DNA of 43,381 nucleotides from Basidiobolus ranarum (Eukaryota), in assembly GCA_040143965.1 (NCBI GenBank), contig JASJQH010000032.1, positions 1 through 43,381 on the forward strand, read 5' to 3'. The position numbers and the translations under genes were made by a program. Of the stretch, positions 36,579 to 43,381 are shown one piece after another (position 1 is the stretch's first letter; each line of letters begins with the position of its first letter). The notes beneath the pieces are model-generated. The model made no database searches. It was not told the DNA's origin and saw only the letters and a list, made by a program, of their open reading frames with translations.

Positions 36579-36635
36579 TATTTAATGGATTTAGTATTTC
36601 AATTTTAATATTTAATGGATTAGTATTTCAATTTT
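36579..36635. repeat. ~30-bp tandem duplication in the convergent SFP1/dynactin 3' region
   Basis: tatttaatggatttagtatttcaatttt aa tatttaatggattagtatttcaatttt (one 1-nt indel). Confidence 0.85.
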
Positions 36636-36814
36636 CACTCCACAAATCATTGGTCACAAGAACGTAGTTTATTCCATACAATGGTATGTTTATACAGATA
36701 AAAGTGGATTAGATTAGCACCGGATAATTTGTGAAAGAGGGGGTATACTTTGCTAGATGAAAGACGAATTGAATTGAGTTGAATTGAATATTGAAATCTG
36801 GATCTGGAATTTGC

Positions 36815-39800
36815 TTAGCGTGCATAAATCAAGTTGCAACTATTGGATTGAGTCTGAAGCTGATTCACATGGAGTTTCTTGAGCTGTTCTTTGAGTTCAT
36901 CACTACGATAATGAAGTGTATGAAGCACGGACTTTTGTATTTGTAGACGATATTGTGGTACTGTCTTTAATGATGTCCATTTTTTGACAGGTTTTGTACC
37001 ACTGATATCAATGATTCTGGCGGTAGAGTAGACGGTGTGAACGTCCTGTATAAATAAGTGTTAGTATGGAATTTAGTTAGAAGTTCCCATTTCCCTATTT
37101 GCTTACCTTCACCAATTTTTTGGTCTCTATCGTAATGGACTTGAGTTTTTCATTGGTTTTGACCTTTCCACTCATGGGGTTTGTTACCGCCATTCTAGAC
37201 TGAAGATCAAATCCAAGGCTATCAAGTGTTTTCTGGCTCTTGAGGTGAGCATTCTCAGAACGTAAGTACCGGAGAGCTTCCTTCAAAGATTCCATCTTAA
37301 GTCAAAGTAGGTTAAGTAATGTTGGATGGACAAACAATCATGGTTTAGCTTTACCTGTTGTGAATAATGATGATGTGACTGTGATAAATGTTCAACTATA
37401 GAACGAGGATGTGATGGCTCTGAGGTTGATTCGGGTACATTGTCCGAAGTAGGATCTAACAAAAATAGCGACTCAATCAAATAATCCAATGTATCAAGGA
37501 ATACCGAGACCGAGTTTCCATACCTTGTTTACGTGTTTCCATGGCACGTTCGAAACTTTGATTCGTGGCATCAAGTTCACTTTGCAGACTTTCAATGGCT
37601 TCCTCATAGATCTTCTCATGCTCTTTGGCCCTTGAGAGTTCTTTCTCGAGTTCTCCAATACGATCAAGCTATAAAAAATGTTAAAGCAAGCATTGGAATG
37701 GCTATGGGTGTCTAATTCTCTTACATGTTTCTTGACTTGGTTCATTCGTTTCTCTAAAAGCTCAATTTTGACTGCAGTTTCTTCCAATGATTGATCCTGT
37801 GGATTCTACTTGTTATCCTCTATTTTACTAAGATTCAAATAGCCAAACTCACAAACCTTAATTTTGCCCTCTCTAATTAGGGCGATGATTTCTTCATTAA
37901 GTGCAGCAACCTTGCGATCCATTTCCGAGCTCAGGACGATCTCGGATTTGAATACTTGTGATCTTTTAACCCAAGGTGCAGGGTTGATTTCAACTATTTC
38001 GTAATAAAAGATGAGAGATGATTCGTTATTGTGTATCTTGTAATAATATTACCTTTTTGGAGGTTGACCGTATCATGCACCAAGTCAAAGTATCTATTTA
38101 GTTCTTGTGAAATTCCTTCCATAATCTTATTGGCCGAGTCCCAAGGTGTGACTTCCCCAACTTTGAGAACTTCTTCGGTCGTTTTGAATAGGATTGATTG
38201 CAATGAAGAAAGTTGAGCAAGGGTCTTGGAGTCCTTTTTATCCAACGCATAAGTGTACATTCTTTTCCAAGCTTCACTGGAGAACTGTACTAGAAGACGG
38301 ATATCCCGCCAGGTCTTTCGGTACTGTTCGATGAGTTCCGGCTTTAAGCTCATGCTTTGTTCAGATAATCCATTGAAATAGCGGAGTAGCTTCTTAGCAA
38401 CAACCTTAACTGTCTTGGCCTTTTGAACTAAGCTGGAGAGTGGACTCAATAGTTCTTTGAGAACCGTTTCTTTGTCCACACCGTCGAATCCACCGAAATC
38501 ATCATAGAATTCTGGCGACTGGAAGAAGGCTTCTGTGTGTCCGAGAATAGATATGACATGATCCGCACTGTATTCTACAGAGCGAACGAGTGAATGAAAC
38601 ATCTCAAAGTTGAATGCTTTGGGATTTGACAAATGGCTCTCGGAAAGATGCTCAAGTTGAGAGACAGCCCGATGTAAGTCAGCAAGACACTGAGATTCAT
38701 TCAAATCTTCTTTCTTAAGTAGCTCAGTGAAGTTGTTTAGTCTTCTCTCAGCTCCTACAAGTTCATGGTAGATGGGTCCCAGTTTGAGGAATTCCTGTGG
38801 AGCACAATTGGACATATGTACAACAAATCTAGATGCTAAATCAGAGAACCAAGCAAGTCTTTCACGCATCTCACACACAGATATTAGCTCCTCGGATGTT
38901 TCTGCAGGAAGTGCATCAACTACTTGGTGATTTTGACTGATATGCTTGTTGATAAGGTCCGTTTTGAAAGAAAGTCTCTTCATCAAGAAAAGACAACGCA
39001 GAGAATCGTATTCGTTGATGAAGAATGACTCGGGCATGTAGGATTTGATATAAGAGAGGAGCTCGGTAGCTTGGTCAGCTTCAAGTTTTCTTAAATCCAA
39101 GTCGATTTGTTTGGCTTGAGCCTTCATTGCGGTCGATTGAAGCTGTAAATTCAAATTCAACATAGCCTGTGAGTGGATATTGAGATCCTTCGATTCGTTG
39201 GTTTGGATTGCTTCTTTCTGCTTCAGTTGTTCTAAATCACCTTGAAGGTTGTTTACCAGTTGTCGGAATTGGTTGATTGTATTCTCGTAGTCTCCAATCG
39301 TCTCTTCGGTGGATTCAAAGCTCTTTTTTAGCTCACGAATACTAGTGTCTTTGATGTCGATTTCGGCTAGTAGTTGTTTTTCAGTTTCACAGTGGTTTTC
39401 CTCAAGCTCGTCATTAAGCTCTTTGAGTGCTTCCAAGTCGTCAATGACTAGCTTCATCTCTTCGATCTTTTCATTAAGAGCAAGGTTCTTCTCTGAAAGT
39501 TGTTCGATAATCTCTTCTGACCCAATGGCATCATCCAAACGCAGTTTCAAGTCTTCAACTTGATTGTCAGATTGGTCTAGTTGCTCTCGAAGTTTTTTGT
39601 TCGTGCTCTCAAGATCTTGGAATGAGTACACCTCCTTTTCAAGCGATTTGATTTTTCTATTAAGCTCAGTTTCTTGTTCTACAGTAACGTCACGAAGACG
39701 AACTAGAGCTTCTTTCAAACGTTCGTTCTGACGCTCAATCTGAACTATCTCGATTTCAGATCTTCCTTCACCATCGAAATTGGATTCTCCAGCTTTTTTA

Positions 39801-40903
39801 AAGACGTCCAGTTCAATAGCCATTTCCTCGATTCTTTCCCTAAGAAGGGCCACCTCTTGGGTAAGATTCTCGATCTTTTCTTCCGCCATCTCCTTATCTA
39901 AGGTCATCAATTCCAAGGATTCGGAGACGTCATTGTGCTTATTTTCAAAGTTCTCTCTATCCAGAATCGCTTGCTTTAATGATTTCCTATTTTCTCGTAG
40001 CTCTTGTTGTAATTCACTTAATTTGACGACCAGTTTGGATCTTATGGTCATAAATTGTTCAGCTTCATTACGAACTTTTTCGAATTCTTTCCATTTCTCT
40101 CTATCTTCCAATCTTTTGTTCTCCAATACCTTCAATTTGAGACGAAGTTCTTCGTAATCCTTTATAGGGACAACTTGTCCTGGTTTTCCGGTCCGTTCGT
40201 GAGTTGGTGTTTGAGGTGTTTCATCACTCTCAGTACTGTTATGCTCGTCGTCTACTGTGGGATTGGAAGATTGTTCATCTTCGGTTTCCACCTCTTCAGG
40301 AGGGAGAACTAAAGAAGCATTTTCTAAAGTTGGTGAAGCTGACTCAGAATTTGCCTCAAAACTAGGAATGTTTCGACGTGGTCGGGGTGTGGTAAATCTT
40401 CCACTTCCACTGGCAGACCTTTGAGACATGGACCTCGAAGGGGTTGGAGTGGTCCCCATTTTTGATGGGTGAGGAAGTCTACTTGGAGTTCCTTGAATAC
40501 TTGGTTGTCCATTATGAGTATTAGAACGAGAAAAACGAGTAACGGGAGTAGCAGAATTACGAGAGGTTTCAGGGGTAGCGGAGTCGTTAAAAAGTCTTTT
40601 AGCGGGAGTCCCATGAAGGGATTTTAATTGAGAAGCACGAACAAACATTCCATGCTTTGGTCGACACTTAAAATATACTTTTCCACCTACTATACCGTCA
40701 TTTTTACCAAGTGGTTCATCCAGTTCTACACCTATCCATCTACCTTTAGCAAAGGCGGTATTACCAATGAAACGGATTACACCCGGTTTATTTTGAACCA
40801 AAACCTTATTGCCTAATTGGTGGGAACCTGGTGTAGATGGAGTTGTAGGTGAAGATGGAATAGTAGGTGAGAAAGGACTGGAACCATATAACTTGTCCGT
40901 CAT
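36815..40903 (-). CDS. NIP100: Dynactin subunit p150Glued (CAP-Gly, basic linker, coiled coils, dynein-associated domain), about 7 exons
   Basis: CAP-Gly GVIRFIGNTAFAKGRWIGVELDEPLGKNDG...YFKC...HGMFVR. Also ELMTLDKEMAEE, QNERLKEALVRLRD, LKELNDELEENH, IDLDLRKLEA, APWVKRS and SLKEALRYLRSENAHLK. Stop at 36817-36815. Confidence 0.93.
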
Positions 40904-41780
40904 CTTCACTACTTTCTCTTTCAAGTGAAAGCTGTAAGTTTAATTATAGCAAATAGGAGTTAGTGAATTTAGCCTCAACCCTAATAATAATAAGTTCACC
41001 TTTAATTTCAAGTATGCATTTAGTGGTGAATTTCAATACCCTCCTTTATAAACTACGCCCCCCAAAAAAACTTACTACGTACGAAATTTCATTCATGTGT
41101 GACTAGTATATTTCTTTTCATCATCTATATATGCATTATCTTAAATTAGTATGAATTTAATCCCTATTCATTGGTGAATTAAGCAGTTTGGAGTCGATTG
41201 TCTTTCCATATATAACACATGCTTTTACTTCCACACCAAGTGGAATTTGATCATTCATTTAATCTCCAAGTAGTGTTGGAGATTTGATTATAGGCTACGG
41301 TGTAGTTTCTGAACAAGTAATATTGATATTTTGGAGATAAATGCTCCGCTATCAAATTTAAATATTTGTTGGTTGATGTTATGGTTATTTTGGATGGTTT
41401 GCATGGGTTGCGCGTATATGCTTTCCGCTTACTGTAGTATTTGTTGATATGCTGGAAACAAAGCTAATATACCCCCAGGATTGGCTTACCACTTTGGCTT
41501 AATAGAATACTAAAGAAGCCGCGAAGAACATACGGATAACTATACAGGAGTTTGAATTCTATCATTTTCTATATATCTAACATCTGCAACATTTAATACA
41601 ATGATGTTGGGTTTGGTAAACGTGGAATGTAAGTACCTAGAATATCTGCTTACTCTTTCAGCACTATACCTTACCTAACTTTCTCTACATCATAATCCTA
41701 TAATATTTGTAAGTTTATCTTTGACAAATATCTCTTTAAGCTTATTGACAACCATTTCCTCCTTTGCACAGCAGTGTTAA

Positions 41781-42030
41781 AGTATTTTGAGAGCCTGTTG
41801 GAAGTGGTTTGGGGAAATAGAGAAATTGGTGGTTTTCACTTATTGATTTATTGGGTTTAAGTTGACATTTATAGTAATATCAAGATGGGATTCATTAACA
41901 CATTCTACACATTAGCCTGTTCCCATCTTGACAAAACTATAAATGTCAACTTTCTACTCAATACATCAATAAGTGAAAACCATCTATTTCTCTAATTCTC
42001 CAAGCCACTTCCAACAGGCTCCCAGATACT
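41781..42030. repeat. Fold-back/MITE-like imperfect palindrome with ~100-110 bp arms and a 30-bp spacer
   Basis: 41791-41890 (gagcctgttggaagtggtttggggaaatagagaaattggtggttttcacttattg...caagatggga) is the near reverse complement of 41921-42021 (tcccatcttg...caataagtgaaaacc...ccacttccaacaggctc). Confidence 0.9.
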
Positions 42031-42036
42031 ATATCA

Positions 42037-42885
42037 GATGATGAGCCCCAGGCTTGCACTCTCTGTAATGCCTACTGCTTAGATTTTGGAACTTTTCCCT
42101 CTTCTGAAAGATTGGATGGAGCCTGTTGTCAAGTTTCAATTGTTAAAATGAAAATGTAGCTGCAAGAACAAAGACTTTGGGACACTTTTGTAGAAGAAGA
42201 AAACAATACAAAACTATCTGAAACCAATGTTTTACTCCAGGTTGAAAAAGAACCAAGTGCCTTTTATTCAATATGTTTCCATGTGAAAGACAAATTGCAA
42301 ATTCAATGTTCAAGAGCCAAAACTGGCAAGAAGTTATGGACAGCCTAGGAAGATACTTACCAACCATAGTCTGCTGCTGGCAAGATGTTTCTAAGAGGAC
42401 AATTCTTCAATACAAAGATAAAGAAGGAGTCAACATTAAATCACTAGTTAATAGAGTCACTATTTTAGCAGATGAAATGCAATGCATTGGAGTATCTATA
42501 ACTGATCAGGATATCATAGTTACAGCCCTGAATAGCCTACCACATGATTTTTACAGCCTAGTAATGGCTCTAGAATCAATAACAGAAAATTTGACCTTAA
42601 ATTATGTATTTAGCAGACTTTTGGATGAAGATTTATGTTGATTAGAATCCAACCAAAAGAATGAAAAATATGCTTTAATAGGCTTTATGAAGACTATCTA
42701 TAAAGGTCAAGAGCACTCCAAGAAAAAAGTAATGCATTCAATGATCACTGTAAAAAACTGGCTATTCAAAGTGAAGATTGCTTTAAGGAATTGCAAAGAA
42801 GAGAAACATACTGAATCTGGAACTGTGGTTAGAGCAGAAGATCACTTGCTCATATCTGCTCTACCTATGACTACTAACTATTAGT
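42037..42885 (+). mobile_element. Degenerate Ty1/copia retrotransposon gag (UBN2/Retrotran_gag_2-like) with stops and frameshifts, and a putative PBS at its 5' end
   Basis: Across frames: KMKM*LQEQRLWDTF, AKTGKKLWTA*EDTY, SAAGKMFLRGQFF, LADEMQCIGVSITDQDIIVTALNSLPHDFYSLVMALES...LTLNYVFSRLLDE, and a decayed Zn knuckle HCKKLAIQSEDCF. CA followed by GATGATGAGCCC at 42037-42048 resembles the copia PBS GGTTATGAGCCC. Confidence 0.85.
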
Positions 42886-43023
42886 GTATTTGGAGCTTGT
42901 TGGAAGTGGTTTGGCAAATCAGATAAATTGGTGGTTTTCACTTATTGATTTATTGAGTAGAAAGTTGATATCTAAAGATTTGTCACAATGTAAGAAAACT
43001 AACTTATAGAATGTGTCAAGGAA
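42886..43023 (+). repeat. Third copy of the ~135-bp repeat (inverted relative to 41891-42030, direct relative to 41781-41890)
   Basis: gtatttggagcttgttggaagtggtttgg...ggtggttttcacttattgatttattgagtagaaagttga...ctaacttatagaatgtgtcaaggaa. Confidence 0.85.
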
Positions 43024-43100
43024 GGTACCAGGAATATGTGCACCAGATTAGGGGCTTCTAGCACAAGTCTGAAAAATCTATATATCTGCAAACTTCAAAG

Positions 43101-43155
43101 TTGGTAAAAGTACTCTAAGTTCCAACTGAGAATAATGGCTGATATCTTAGTGAAA
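43101..43155 (+). pseudogene. Possible copia RNase H C-terminal remnant
   Basis: LVKVL*VPTE followed, after a frameshift, by MADILVK resembles the copia 'YVPTExMxADILTK' motif. Confidence 0.4.
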
Positions 43156-43381
43156 TATAAGCTAACTAAATACTAAGCTATAAAAGACTATATAGGTGCA
43201 TAGGCAATGCTAATTTCTATTGGGAAAATATGGGCTGTTTGGAGGAACTTTAGAAAAGTGGAGTTGTGAGTAGCTTTGTGAGATAATTATTTATTGACCA
43301 GAAATTAAGCATTTATACATTTTGGTGGAAATACAAAAAACTAACACTGGGGTTGTGTTCAGAACATCTGTGGGAGTAAAA

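Noticed and set aside
36650-36817. Open frame continuing past the dynactin TAA (possible readthrough)
   Set aside because: TAA-G is not a leaky stop context, and the downstream sequence is low-complexity (ATTCA)n UTR-like DNA.

Overview
This is a gene-dense, intron-rich eukaryotic window with short (~55-170 nt) GT-AG introns and CTAAC-type branch points. Gene content suggests an early-diverging fungus (Zoopagomycota/Mucoromycota-like), which is an inference. Hand-spliced genes in order: MKT1 (partial), UBC4, a four-module glycosyltransferase (EOS1-like membrane domain + GT31 + GT32 + Ig/cadherin-like tail), a Cys-rich GPI-type protein, SCP1/transgelin, NOT4, MAK21/NOC1, FIG4, HEM25/SLC25A38, ORC1, RRP7, an uncharacterised mitochondrial tandem-RRM protein, ERG12, cyclophilin, an SFP1-like zinc finger and dynactin p150. 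The last ~1.6 kb is a decayed Ty1/copia element tangled with three copies of a ~100-135 bp repeat, forming a fold-back and inverted repeats around gag. The best candidates for novelty are the EOS1-GT31-GT32 fusion, an ORC1 with AT-hooks but no BAH domain, and the inverted-repeat-bracketed gag. No tRNA, rRNA or CRISPR array was recognised. All exon boundaries were read by eye and are not confirmed by RNA data.
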